Positions 1 through 12,457 are shown, numbered from the stretch's first letter. The stretch is DNA of 48,690 nucleotides from Nemertoderma westbladi (GCA_032718475.1 JAUCBJ010004635.1:1-48690), one strand, 5' to 3'. The notes: generated by a model not told the origin, from the letters alone. Program-made: numbers and translations.

Positions 1-21
1 TTAATGTACATTCATCAATAT
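1..21 (-). CDS. Host gene EGF exon, cut off by the window edge (encodes DIDECTL...)
   Basis: Identical to the 5' end of the other EGF exons; AG acceptor at 22-23 (tttacag). Confidence 0.8.
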   Translation of the reverse strand: MLMNVH

Positions 22-722
22 CTGTAAAATTATGTTAAATCATTTTTAAGTAAATATAAAACATGAAAAAATTGTTTTAATTTATTAATTCATTATGGAT
101 GCGCACCAGTTGATCAGTCCATGCTGTGCTTGAGGTTTTTGGTTTGTGTAGAGGGGATGGTAAGCCTGTTTTCATGAAGATACTGGCTATTGCGATTCTG
201 GCTGGTAATGCGGTCTCCATGTTGGGGACAGCGGATGCCCTGCTCATAACAGCAACAGACTCTAAGAGGTAGTCCATAGTCCAAGAAATTCCACTCTATT
301 CCACTACCCCCCCCCCCCCCCCCCCCCCCTCCACCACCCTCATACTTTCTAACTGATCCAACTGCCTCAACCTTCCCCTTTATAATTGTACTTTATGAGT
401 TAATACCACCTCTATCAACCACCCTCCATGAACACCGATTAAGATTCAGTGGGCACTGCTGGAGAAGTAAGCATGAGGTCATTCCAGATCTACTTTTCTG
501 GCAACAAAACACAAGAAAAGCATAGCCATGGAAGACCGGCTATGACATATATTTAGACAAATGAAAGGGATGCTTGACTAAGGAAAAACGAAATTGCGAC
601 AATCATGGAGAATAGGTAAGGGAAGCCTGGAAGGACCTTATGTATTACAGTAAATATAAAGCAGAAAATTATTTTTTTGCATATTATTAACTCAATGATT
701 TTTATTTAAGAAAGTTTATTAC

Positions 723-845
723 CTGTACATGTGACACCATCTCCTGTATATCCAGACTTGCAGGTGCAAGTAAATCCAGGGACAGTATTGGAACAGTCAG
801 CATTAATGTGACAGTTGTCGGTGTTTAATGTACATTCATCAATAT
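723..845 (-). CDS. Host gene exon: calcium-binding EGF-like domain ([41 protein letters not shown])
   Basis: 123 nt, phase 1-1, acceptor tttacag and donor gtaata; six Cys with D-I-D-E-C start. Confidence 0.92.
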
Positions 846-983
846 CTGTAAAATTATGTTAAATCATTTTTAAGTAAGTATAAAACATGAACAAATTGTT
901 TCATTTATTAATTCATTATGGATGCGCACCAGTTGATCAGACCATGCTGTGCTTGAGGTTTTAGGTTTGTGTAGAGGGTATGG

Positions 984-1838
984 TAAGCGTGTCGATTGCG
1001 TTACCTGATTGTGTTATCATGGTAACTGATCTAGACTTTGCTGATGATTTAGGAGTACTCTCAGAATCACTAGAGGGAGCCCAACGGCTCTTCAGCTCAT
1101 TAGAACAGGCTTCTTCTAGTGTTGGTATTTTTATTAACTCCAAAAGACCAACATTTTGACAGTTAACTTTGAAAGTCATCAGCAAGTCTCTGACCGGATG
1201 AGCATAAGCTCAAAGGATGATACGCTTGAGCATGTGGACAACTTCTGTTACCTGGGATCATGGATCCGGAAGTCAGATGAGGACCTTTGAATACGAAAGG
1301 GAAAGGCATGGGCAGCCTTGAATGGGCTTTCCAGGATTTGGAAGTCACAAAGAATTGATCGGAAACTTAAGGTTCGATTATTTAGAGCAGCAGTAGTTCC
1401 AGTACTCCTCTATGGGAGTCCATATGCTGGGCTCTAATTGATGAGGACACCAAATCTCTGGAAGGCACATTCACAAGAATGCTATGCCGGATTCACTGTG
1501 TCAAGTACAATGCACACATCTCAAACCAGATACTATATAACATTGGATGTGTCTCAATGGTTCCCCAAGGCTTAACACTAGAACAAAGCCGCTTCCACTT
1601 TGCAGGACATTGCTTTCGCCATGAGGACCAGTCAGTGCATAATCTTGTGCTTTGGCGGCCTTATGGAGTGAATAAGCATGGTGGACAGCCTATGACTTTT
1701 TGAGACGCATCTTAAAGGACACTGGCCTTTAAGATGAGGATGATCTAGCAAATGTCATGGGTGATACGGAGTTGTGGAGGCGCAACCTTGTCAACAAGCC
1801 GGCACTTCATTCTTAATATATATGTAATATATATATAA
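984..1838 (+). mobile_element. 5'-truncated, decayed RTE-clade LINE fragment (RT C-terminal half)
   Basis: Translates to TDLDFADDL, HVDNFCYLGSW and KVRLFRAAVVPVLLYG with stops and frameshifts; AT-microsatellite tail. Confidence 0.8.
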
Positions 1839-2062
1839 TGCAGCTGCAATGCAGCATGCTGATTGTAGTAGTAGTAAGTTACCCATGGAGCCATTGGCTG
1901 TTTGTTCATAATTTGGGATGTGCCGCTTGTGGAACCTCTTGTGCCCAGCCAGATCATCCAGTCATTATTCATTGGGAGCCACACTGCCGAGGAAGCAGAG
2001 ACTCTAAGGATCCGCAAATGCCAGGTACTCATAGGCTAACCCTTCCACCCGAAATTTATTAC

Positions 2063-2188
2063 CTGTACATGTAGTGACACCATCTCCTGTATATCCAGAC
2101 TTGCAGCTGCAACTAAATCCAGGGGCAGTATTGGAACAGTCAGCATTAATGTGACAGTTGTCTGTGTTTAATGTACATTCATCAATAT
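2063..2188 (-). CDS. Host gene exon: cbEGF variant ([42 protein letters not shown])
   Basis: 126 nt, phase 1-1, canonical AG/GT; in-frame 3-nt insertion relative to the 123-nt exon. Confidence 0.92.
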
Positions 2189-2888
2189 CTGTAAAATTAT
2201 GTTAAATCATTTTTAAGTAAATATAAAACATGAAAAAATTGTTTTAATTTATTAATTCATTATGGATGCGCACCAGTTGATCAGTCCATGCTGTGCTTGA
2301 GGTTTTTGGTTTGTGTAGAGGGGATGGTAAGCCTGTTTTCATGAAGATACTGGCTATTGCGATTCTGGCTGGTAATGCGGTCTCCATGTTGGGGACAGCG
2401 GATGCCCTGCTCATAACAGCAACAGACTCTAAGAGGTAGTCCATAGTCCAAGAAATTCCACTCTATTCCACTACCCCCCCCCCCCCCCCCCCCCCTCCAC
2501 CACCCTCATACTTTCTAACTGATCCAACTGCCTCAACCTTCCCCTTTATAATTGTACTTTATGAGTTAATACCACCTCTATCAACCACCCTCCATGAACA
2601 CCGATTAAGATTCAGTGGGCACTGCTGGAGAAGTAAGCATGAGGTCATTCCAGATCTACTTTTCTGGCAACAAAACACAAGAAAAGCATAGCCATGGAAG
2701 ACCGGCTATGACATATATTTAGACAAATGAAAGGGATGCTTGACTAAGGAAAAACGAAATTGCGACAATCATGGAGAATAGGTAAGGGAAGCCTGGAAGG
2801 ACCTTATGTATTACAGTAAATATAAAGCAGAAAATTATTTTTTTGCATATTATTAACTCAATGATTTTTATTTAAGAAAGTTTATTAC

Positions 2889-3011
2889 CTGTACATGTGA
2901 CACCATCTCCTGTATATCCAGACTTGCAGGTGCAAGTAAATCCAGGGACAGTATTGGAACAGTCAGCATTAATGTGACAGTTGTCGGTGTTTAATGTACA
3001 TTCATCAATAT
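2889..3011 (-). CDS. Host gene exon: cbEGF, 123-nt type
   Basis: Copy of 723-845 with intact splice sites. Confidence 0.92.
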
Positions 3012-3149
3012 CTGTAAAATTATGTTAAATCATTTTTAAGTAAGTATAAAACATGAACAAATTGTTTCATTTATTAATTCATTATGGATGCGCACCAGTT
3101 GATCAGACCATGCTGTGCTTGAGGTTTTAGGTTTGTGTAGAGGGTATGG

Positions 3150-4012
3150 TAAGCGTGTCGATTGCGTTACCTGATTGTGTTATCATGGTAACTGATCTAG
3201 ACTTTGCTGATGATTTAGGAGTACTCTCAGAATCACTAGAGGGAGCCCAACGGCTCTTCAGCTCATTAGAACAGGCTTCTTCTAGTGTTGGTATTTTTAT
3301 TAACTCCAAAAGACCAACATTTTGACAGTTAACTTTGAAAGTCATCAGCAAGTCTCTGACCGGATGAGCATAAGCTCAAAGGATGATACGCTTGAGCATG
3401 TGGACAACTTCTGTTACCTGGGATCATGGATCCGGAAGTCAGATGAGGACCTTTGAATACGAAAGGGAAAGGCATGGGCAGCCTTGAATGGGCTTTCCAG
3501 GATTTGGAAGTCACAAAGAATTGATCGGAAACTTAAGGTTCGATTATTTAGAGCAGCAGTAGTTCCAGTACTCCTCTATGGGAGTCCATATGCTGGGCTC
3601 TAATTGATGAGGACACCAAATCTCTGGATGGCACATTCACAAGAATGCTATGCCGGATTCACTGTGTCAAGTACAATGCACACATCTCAAACCAGATACT
3701 ATATAACATTGGATGTGTCTCAATGGTTCCCCAAGGCTTAACACTAGAACAAAGCCGCCTCCACTTTGCAGGACATTGCTTTCGCCATGAGGACCAGTCA
3801 GTGCATAATCTTGCAGTCTTGTACTTTGGCGGCCTTATGGAGTGAATAAGCATGGTGGCCAGCCTATGACTTTTTGAGACGCATCTTAAAGGACACTGGC
3901 CTTTAAGATGAGGATGATCTAGCAAATGTCATGGGTGATACGGAGTTGTGGAGGCGCAACCTTGTCAACAAGCCGGCACTTCATTCTTAATATATATGTA
4001 ATATATATATAA
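3150..4012 (+). mobile_element. RTE-clade LINE fragment, copy 2 (copied with the tandem unit)
   Basis: Near-identical to 984-1838. Confidence 0.8.
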
Positions 4013-4236
4013 TGCAGCTGCAATGCAGCATGCTGATTGTAGTAGTAGTAAGTTACCCATGGAGCCATTGGCTGTTTGTTCATAATTTGGGATGTGCCGC
4101 TTGTGGAACCTCTTGTGCCCAGCCAGATCATCCAGTCATTATTCATTGGGAGCCACACTGCCGAGGAAGCAGAGACTCTAAGGATCCGCAAATGCCAGGT
4201 ACTCATAGGCTAACCCTTCCACCCGAAATTTATTAC

Positions 4237-4362
4237 CTGTACATGTAGTGACACCATCTCCTGTATATCCAGACTTGCAGCTGCAACTAAATCCAGGGGC
4301 AGTATTGGAACAGTCAGCATTAATGTGACAGTTGTCTGTGTTTAATGTACATTCATCAATAT
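4237..4362 (-). CDS. Host gene exon: cbEGF, 126-nt type
   Basis: Copy of 2063-2188 with intact splice sites. Confidence 0.92.
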
Positions 4363-5060
4363 CTGTAAAATTATGTTAAATCATTTTTAAGTAAATATAA
4401 AACATGAAAAAATTGTTTTAATTTATTAATTCATTATGGATGCGCACCAGTTGATCAGTCCATGCTGTGCTTGAGGTTTTTGGTTTGTGTAGAGGGGATG
4501 GTAAGCCTGTTTTCATGAAGATACTGGCTATTGCGATTCTGGCTGGTAATGCGGTCTCCATGTTGGGGACAGCGGATGCCCTGCTCATAACAGCAACAGA
4601 CTCTAAGAGGTAGTCCATAGTCCAAGAAATTCCACTCTATTCCACTACCCCCCCCCCCCCCCCCCCCTCCACCACCCTCATACTTTCTAACTGATCCAAC
4701 TGCCTCAACCTTCCCCTTTATAATTGTACTTTATGAGTTAATACCACCTCTATCAACCACCCTCCATGAACACCGATTAAGATTCAGTGGGCACTGCTGG
4801 AGAAGTAAGCATGAGGTCATTCCAGATCTACTTTTCTGGCAACAAAACACAAGAAAAGCATAGCCATGGAAGACCGGCTATGACATATATTTAGACAAAT
4901 GAAAGGGATGCTTGACTAAGGAAAAACGAAATTGCGACAATCATGGAGAATAGGTAAGGGAAGCCTGGAAGGACCTTATGTATTACAGTAAATATAAAGC
5001 AGAAAATTATTTTTTTGCATATTATTAACTCAATGATTTTTATTTAAGAAAGTTTATTAC

Positions 5061-5183
5061 CTGTACATGTGACACCATCTCCTGTATATCCAGACTTGCA
5101 GGTGCAAGTAAATCCAGGGACAGTATTGGAACAGTCAGCATTAATGTGACAGTTGTCGGTGTTTAATGTACATTCATCAATAT
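5061..5183 (-). CDS. Host gene exon: cbEGF, 123-nt type
   Basis: Copy of 723-845 with intact splice sites. Confidence 0.92.
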
Positions 5184-5321
5184 CTGTAAAATTATGTTAA
5201 ATCATTTTTAAGTAAGTATAAAACATGAACAAATTGTTTCATTTATTAATTCATTATGGATGCGCACCAGTTGATCAGACCATGCTGTGCTTGAGGTTTT
5301 AGGTTTGTGTAGAGGGTATGG

Positions 5322-6176
5322 TAAGCGTGTCGATTGCGTTACCTGATTGTGTTATCATGGTAACTGATCTAGACTTTGCTGATGATTTAGGAGTACTCTC
5401 AGAATCACTAGAGGGAGCCCAACGGCTCTTCAGCTCATTAGAACAGGCTTCTTCTAGTGTTGGTATTTTTATTAACTCCAAAAGACCAACATTTTGACAG
5501 TTAACTTTGAAAGTCATCAGCAAGTCTCTGACCGGATGAGCATAAGCTCAAAGGATGATACGCTTGAGCATGTGGACAACTTCTGTTACCTGGGATCATG
5601 GATCCGGAAGTCAGATGAGGACCTTTGAATACGAAAGGGAAAGGCATGGGCAGCCTTGAATGGGCTTTCCAGGATTTGGAAGTCACAAAGAATTGATCGG
5701 AAACTTAAGGTTCGATTATTTAGAGCAGCAGTAGTTCCAGTACTCCTCTATGGGAGTCCATATGCTGGGCTCTAATTGATGAGGACACCAAATCTCTGGA
5801 TGGCACATTCACAAGAATGCTATGCCGGATTCACTGTGTCAAGTACAATGCACACATCTCAAACCAGATACTATATAACATTGGATGTGTCTCAATGGTT
5901 CCCCAAGGCTTAACACTAGAACAAAGCCGCCTCCACTTTGCAGGACATTGCTTTCGCCATGAGGACCAGTCAGTGCATAATCTTGTGCTTTGGCGGCCTT
6001 ATGGAGTGAATAAGCATGGTGGACAGCCTATGACTTTTTGAGACGCATCTTAAAGGACACTGGCCTTTAAGATGAGGATGATCTAGCAAATGTCATGGGT
6101 GATACGGAGTTGTGGAGGCGCAACCTTGTCAACAAGCCGGCACTTCATTCTTAATATATATGTAATATATTTATAA
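5322..6176 (+). mobile_element. RTE-clade LINE fragment, copy 3
   Basis: Near-identical to 984-1838. Confidence 0.8.
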
Positions 6177-6829
6177 TGCAGCTGCAATGCAGCATGCTGA
6201 TTGTAGTAGTAGTAAGTTACCCATGGAGCCATTGGCTGTTTGTTCATAATTTGGGATGTGCCGCTTGTGGAACCTCTTGTGCCCAGCCAGATCATCCAGT
6301 CATTATTCATTGGGAGCCACACTGCCGAGGAAGCAGAGACTCTAAGGACCCGCAAATGCCAGGTACTCATCAACCCAGGCTAACCCTTCCACCCGGTAGC
6401 CTAGGAGATCCAGGGCTGCCCCAGTTCTTAAACATCCGAGTTCGTGAAGGAGTTTGGGGCCAGACTCCATGCTGTAACACAAGTGTCCAGATTTCACAGA
6501 TTCTTCATAAAGATACTGGCTATTGCGATTCTGGCTGGTAATGCGGTCTCCATCTTGGGGACAGCGGATGCCCTGCTCATAACAGCAACAGACTCTAAGA
6601 GGTAGTCCATAGTCCTAGAAATGTCACACTACCCCCCCACCCCCCCCCCCCCCCCCCTTCCACCACACCCGCCAACTATCTAACTGATCTATTTGCTTAA
6701 ACCATTACCCTTTATAATTGTACTACATGACTTTATTCTACCTCTTGTGCTCTCTTTTTGTATTGGGTTTTACAATATCTATTAATATTTATCTGAAATT
6801 AAATTAAAAATACTTATGAAATTATATGA

Positions 6830-7280
6830 GTAAATATACTCAGATACTATCGCTATAGAGACTGGTTGAAGGAATTAAATCAAAGAGCTGTCCTTCAATC
6901 GACTCCACAAAATAAATCATCCTAAGGGAGTGGAATCTTGGACATTGAATGACACTGATGAATGAAAAACGAATTGATGTTCATTTCACTAAGGGTAGCA
7001 CTAAACATCAGCTGGAGACAACACATGACAAACCCTGAGATTTATGGTACAATACCACCTGCATCAACCACCCTGTAAACACAGATTTAGATTCAGTGGG
7101 CACTGCGGGAGAAGTAAACATGGGGTCATTCCAGATCTACATATCTGGCAACAAACACATGCAAAGCATAGCCATGGAAGACCGGCTATGACATATATTT
7201 TGACAAATGAAAGGGATGCTTGACTAAGGAAAAACGAAATTGCAACAATCATGGAGAATAGGTAAGGGAAGCCTGGAAGC
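6830..7280 (+). mobile_element. Older RTE-like LINE 3' fragment; shorter versions at about 430-625, 2596-2791 and 4768-4963
   Basis: Remnant RLRFSGHC...PDL..WQ...GRPAMTYI, typical of RTE ORF C-termini. Confidence 0.55.
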
Positions 7281-7369
7281 ACCATATGTATTACAGTAAA
7301 TATAAAGCGGAAAATTATTTTTTTGCATAATTATTAACTCAATGATTTTTATTTAAGAAAGTTTATTAC

Positions 7370-7492
7370 CTGTACATGTGACACCATCTCCTGTATATCC
7401 AGACTTGCAGGTGCAAGTAAATCCAGGGGCAGTATTGGAACAGTCAGCATTAATGTGACAGTTGTCTGTGTTTCTTGTACATGCATCAATAT
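7370..7492 (-). CDS. Host gene exon: first EGF after the CUB domain ([41 protein letters not shown])
   Basis: 123 nt, phase 1-1, canonical AG/GT; diverged paralog with E to A in the DIDEC motif. Confidence 0.9.
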
Positions 7493-7810
7493 CTGTAAAG
7501 TTATGTTATATCATTTTTAAATAAATATAAAACATGAAAAAATTATTTACATCTATTAATTCATTATGAAATCGCTTCAGTTGACTTTATTTTACATTCA
7601 TAACTTTCTATAAGATGATGTCTCAAATAATCTTCTAAGCAAATATAATACGCATAAAAATGTAGATATTAACGGATATTAATGTAGAGGTACAAGTAAA
7701 AGCATCTGGATAGGACATTGCCAAGTGAACCCGAAAGGTAGTGAACTGAACCAAAAACATCCCCAGAGGAATCTTGCGATTTCATTTGCGCTAAATATAT
7801 AATAGCTGCG

Positions 7811-7904
7811 AATCCAGCCTGTGTAAAATCCAGCCTGTGTAAAATCCAGCCTGCGTAAAATCCAACCTGCGTAAAATCCAACCTGTGTAAAATCCAGCCT
7901 GTGT
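7811..7904. repeat. 16-bp minisatellite (AATCCAGCCTGTGTAA) x about 6
   Basis: Direct reading. Confidence 0.9.
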
Positions 7905-8176
7905 TGGACTTACAGATAATTATCGTTGCTTGTACAGTCGTTGCTGAACCTTTACTATTTTCACTGGGATTCTATAAAATGAAGACAGGATTTTGGTAAC
8001 ATATTAGCTATTCGTTAGGACAGACCAGAATATCCTCAAAGTATAATTATTCATTCCAGATTAAAGATTTATTTTCATTTTATTACAGATTAAATCCATC
8101 CGTATGGAGGACTGTATTCAATAGCAACCGTAAGGTAGCTTACCACCTATAGCAAATCAATCGGAAAGATGCAGGA

Positions 8177-8248
8177 ACCTCCGTGGTGTAGTGGTTAGCA
8201 TACCTGAACGTTTATCGGGAGAAGCGGGTTCGATCCCCGCTGGTGGCG
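8177..8248 (+). pseudogene. tRNA-like sequence (tRNA pseudogene or SINE head)
   Basis: A box TGGTGTAGTGG, B box GGTTCGATCCC, T stem GCGGG/CCCGC, anticodon stem CCTGA/TCGGG, T6 run shortly after; acceptor stem has two mismatches. Confidence 0.7.
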
Positions 8249-8399
8249 AATTCATTTTTTCCGCTCCATTTGCTATAGAGTTGGAACATCCTAAGTCCTG
8301 TTTAAATTACTTAATAATATAAACAATATATTTTGCATTTTGCTATATTGAAACATTTCCATTTTCTACTGTTACTAATGACGACGCAGACGTTTTTTT

Positions 8400-10935
8400 T
8401 CAAATGTACAAACGAGGATGAATGTCTCTTAGCAAATAATTATAGTGAATTGAATATGAAAAATCATTTAACAACATTGACACGGACCAGAACTTAAATT
8501 CCAATAACACTGACAGTACAAATATTTCTCAGAAGAAAAATTACTTAGACTAAGAATTACTAAGACATTACTAAGAATAACTCTCTTTCGGTGTACCATA
8601 TAAACTGTAGGAGCTTAAACAAAAATCTTACGGCAACCACAGACTACCTTCACATATTAGACAAACAATTTGACCTACTCACTTTTACTGAAACTTTTTT
8701 AACCGAAAACACCGATCTCACAACAGTAAGCATAAACGGATACTCACAACCACTTGTTATCAACAGACAGTATGGGGAAACTAGACAGAGGCGGTACTGC
8801 TATCTACGTTAGGAACCATTTAAGTTACTCTCACCGCGTTTTCTAAAAGATTCACGGAACTCGAACACTTGGACATATAAAAACACTAGTGTAACTATCG
8901 AAGATAAATTTAACAAATTTTATAAAAATTTCGAAAATATTCACTTACCAATTCACTTACAAATTTTCACTTACCAAAAAAAAGTTCAAAAATAATGAAA
9001 TATCAAAAAAAACCACCAGGTTCAACCAGGATAGCACCAGGTTTAATAAAATCAATACTAAATAAAAACTGCATTTATGCTTCCCTGTCAAAAAATATGA
9101 ATAATATAAAATTGGACAAGTATAAAATATGCCGCAACAAATTAACAAAACCTTTAAGATCAGCTGAAAAATCGTATTATGAAAAGCAATTTGAAAAAAT
9201 AAGAATAGTACCCAAAAAATTCAGCGCTCAATAAAACTAAAAATAAGACATCTCCAAAAAAATTAATTAGAACTATCAATGGAAAAGAAACTGAAACAAC
9301 TGACCCAAAAGAAATTGGCTCCCTTTTTAACAACCATTTCGCCTCAATTGGACTTCGACTAGCCCATGACATATCTTCTTCAACCAGAAATTCAACCCAT
9401 TTTATCATACATAAAGAACCAAATTCATTTTATCTTTCATAAACTTCCAACTTAAGAAACAATATATAATATACTAGATCTCAGCAACGCATGCGCCACA
9501 AACGACAGTTTCCCAGTAAAAATAGTAAAATTAGCCGCGTACGATCTTGCACCACACATCACTCATTTAATAAATCTCTCAATTAGAAATGGCCTCTTCC
9601 CAACTACATTAAAATCTGCAAAAATACTCCTGTTTAGAAATTCGGTGATACAACAGGCAAAAATAATTATAGACCGATTTCAATTCTACCACTATTTAGT
9701 AAGCTCTTCGAACGCGTAGTTAACCATTATTATAACCGTTATATCATATCTCGATAAATACTTAATTATGTCTATAAACCAATATGGATTCCGAAAAATT
9801 CAACCACTACAGACGCATTACTTACCATAACAGAACGCCTACATAATATACTAGACGCACAAGAGTCGGCATGTCTCATCTCGATCGATCTCAAAAAGAC
9901 ATTTGATACTCTCCAACATAAAATATTACTAAACAAATTACACAACTACGGCATACGAAGTACACCACTCAAACTTTTAACTAGTTTCTTACTGAACAGA
10001 TCACACTCAGTTACAATTGCCGATACCCAATCAGACCCAATATTGGTCCACTGTGGAACACCACAGGGAAGTATAATTAGTGCAACCTTGTTCCTGTAAT
10101 ATATCAACGACTTATCGAACTGCACATCTCTTACATCTACTTTATTTGCCGATGACACTAATTTTCTATTCTTATTTTCTTCCTTTCTGGATAGACGACA
10201 AACTTACATGGAAAAACCACTGTGCATTTATACTAAACAAAATCTCGAAGTCTACAGGTATATTGTTCAAACCATGTCACATTTTACCACTAAATATATT
10301 GAAACTACTTTATTACGCACTAATTCAACCATACATTACATACGGAATAGCAATATGGGGTAATATGGGCTCCAACAACGCAGATTAAGCCAATCAAAAC
10401 TAAAGTGAGCAAACTAATAAAAGCAATTACCTTTAGTCACTACCGTGAACACGCACCCCCACTCTACAAACTACTAAATATATTACCGATCGAACAAATA
10501 CATTTACTTGAAACCGGTAACTTGTACTAACTTGTACTGTAAACTTGTAACAGGCGATACTGGCCGACCCGGCTCATGGGTACTGATATATCCCAACCAC
10601 CAAGACTACCCCCCCCCCCCCCACCCTCCCTCCCACAAACACCCTCCCTCCACCCCAGATTTACCGGTGCCAGGAGCTAGCAACACTAGCTATGCTACTG
10701 CAAGCTACTGCCAATGCACAAAAATAGATGCTGTGTCAAAAAAAATGTAGTAATACACTAAAACATTAAATGTTCACTATAAATATTATGATGACGTGTT
10801 TATATAATAATATATTGTATATATTATCTCAAATATACTTGAGACATACTTCTAATTTCCGCTTAATTGATGTGTACGGTCTACTCTGGATTCCCTTATT
10901 AATAATGGGCTCACTTGAATTGAATTAAACTACAA
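8400..10935 (+). mobile_element. Decayed CR1-group (Crack/Daphne-like) LINE: AP endonuclease and RT, internally deleted
   Basis: HINCRSL and FTETFL (APE); NYRPISILP, QYGFR, IDLKKTFD, GTPQGS and LFADD (RT); YYALIQPYITYG..WG; TTGAA-type tail; many stops. Confidence 0.85.
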
Positions 10936-11315
10936 GTATATTTATTGTAAGTAAATTTCAATGTGACGATTTGATGCCGCTGTTTTTTGTACTAAAGCCA
11001 TAGTAATAAATAATATTAGTAATAATATTAAATAAGAAAAACTTTTTTGAATAAAAATATTCCAAGTGATAAATATTAATTAAAAAGTTGAGTTATATAT
11101 ATGCAGTATATTGTGAATAGAACAAGTAAGCAACAAGGTGCAACAAATACGTAGCATAAGTCATAAGTCGTGGCTTGAACCGGTGACTGCTCGCAACCTG
11201 AATGGTCAGGCTACTACTAATACTGTGTGCTCCAAGAAACATTCAGTCATTATACCATTAAATGCCACTTAGGCCTAAAAGTTAGACCAACAACATCTAA
11301 ATATTTCAAACTTAC

Positions 11316-11478
11316 CAGATATTACAAATGTGGCATGATATCCAGTTAATTCAGTATCTAAATCACTTTTAAAGTGAAGAAAAAGTTTATTGGATGACGA
11401 TGTTATTGGTGAAGGAATTGAAGTTGTCCCAGTTAAAGTCTTTAATAATGGTGCTGTAGCATCTACCCCATCATACAC
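11316..11478 (-). CDS. Host gene exon: C-terminal half of CUB domain (VYDGVDATAPLLKTLTG...SSSNKLFLHFKSD...GYHATFVIS)
   Basis: 163 nt; acceptor ttctaatag (phase 0), donor gtaagt (phase 1); YDG and F-x-S-D CUB motifs. Confidence 0.92.
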
Positions 11479-11731
11479 CTATTAGAATATTAAATCAGTT
11501 ATATTGCTTTTTGCTTTTTGCAAAAATGCTATTGCTTTTTATATATTTGTATACTTTATATAGTATATAGTAATTTATATAGTATATAGATGTTGGTTAT
11601 AACAACTATGCCATGTCGAAATCTGTATAATGGCGTATTTACGACCAGTTTTATATAAGATGAGGCGAGAGCGTTTTCCTGGATCTAATGGCTTTTGGTA
11701 ATCATCTGAACGCCAAAACGGGCGTTAATGA

Positions 11732-12450
11732 CATTCCTTTAGGAAACAGAGTGGAAGGGTTTACTGTGGAAGATCACCCATGGTGGTGAACAGGCATTCC
11801 TTTAGGAAACAGAGTGGGAGGGTTTACTGTGGAAGATCACCCATGGTGGTGAACAGGCATTCCTTAAGGAAACAGAGTGGAAGGGTTTACTGTGGAAGTT
11901 TACCTATGGTGGTGAACAGGCATTCCTTAAGGAAACAGAGTGGAAGGGTTTACTGTGGAAAATCACCCATGGTGGTGAACAGGCATTCCTTTAGGAAACA
12001 GAGTGGGAGGGTTTTCTGTGGAAGATCACCCATGGTGGTGAACAGGCATTCCTTTAGGAAACAGAGTGGGAGGGTTTTCTGTGGAAGATCACCCATGGTG
12101 GTGAACAGACATTCCTTCAGGAAACAGAATGGAAGGGTTTACTGTGGAAGATCATCCATGGTGGTAAACAGGCATTCCTTTAGGAAATAGAGTGGAAGTG
12201 TTTACTGTGGAAGATCACCCATGGTGGTGAACAGGCATTCCTTTAGGAAACAGAGTGGAAGGGTTTACTGTGGAAGATCATCCATGGTGGTGAACAGGCA
12301 TTCCTTTAGGAAACAGAGTGGAAGGGTTTACTGTGGAAGATCATCCATGGTGGTGAATAGGCATTCCTTTAGTAAACAGAGTGGGAGGGTTTTCTGTGGA
12401 AGATCACCCATGGTGGTGAACAGGCATTCCTTTAGGAAACATAGTGGAAG
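11732..12450. repeat. 60-bp minisatellite, about 12 copies
   Basis: Unit CATTCCTTTAGGAAACAGAGTGGAAGGGTTTACTGTGGAAGATCACCCATGGTGGTGAACAGG repeats head to tail. Confidence 0.97.
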
Positions 12451-12457
12451 TGATTAA

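Larger units (their letters stand above)
1..6395. repeat. Near-identical tandem duplication, unit about 2.17 kb (1-2167, 2168-4341, 4342-6395 partial), each unit holding two EGF exons and LINE debris
   Basis: Identical ORF translations recur at offsets 2167 and 2174. Units differ only by a few SNPs, poly-C length and an 8-bp insertion near 3813. Confidence 0.97.

Noticed and set aside
77-6541. Short repeated ORFs in the tandem units (66, 74, 61, 95 and 78 aa)
   Set aside because: Off-frame or antisense readings of LINE debris; they recur only because the DNA is duplicated.
8177-8248. Functional tRNA-Asn(GTT) gene
   Set aside because: Acceptor stem mismatches and an atypical anticodon loop; body does not resemble tRNA-Asn.
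11780-12457. Protein with 20-aa repeats, or a CRISPR array
   Set aside because: A 60-bp unit keeps frame automatically; one unit has a stop; there are no unique spacers.
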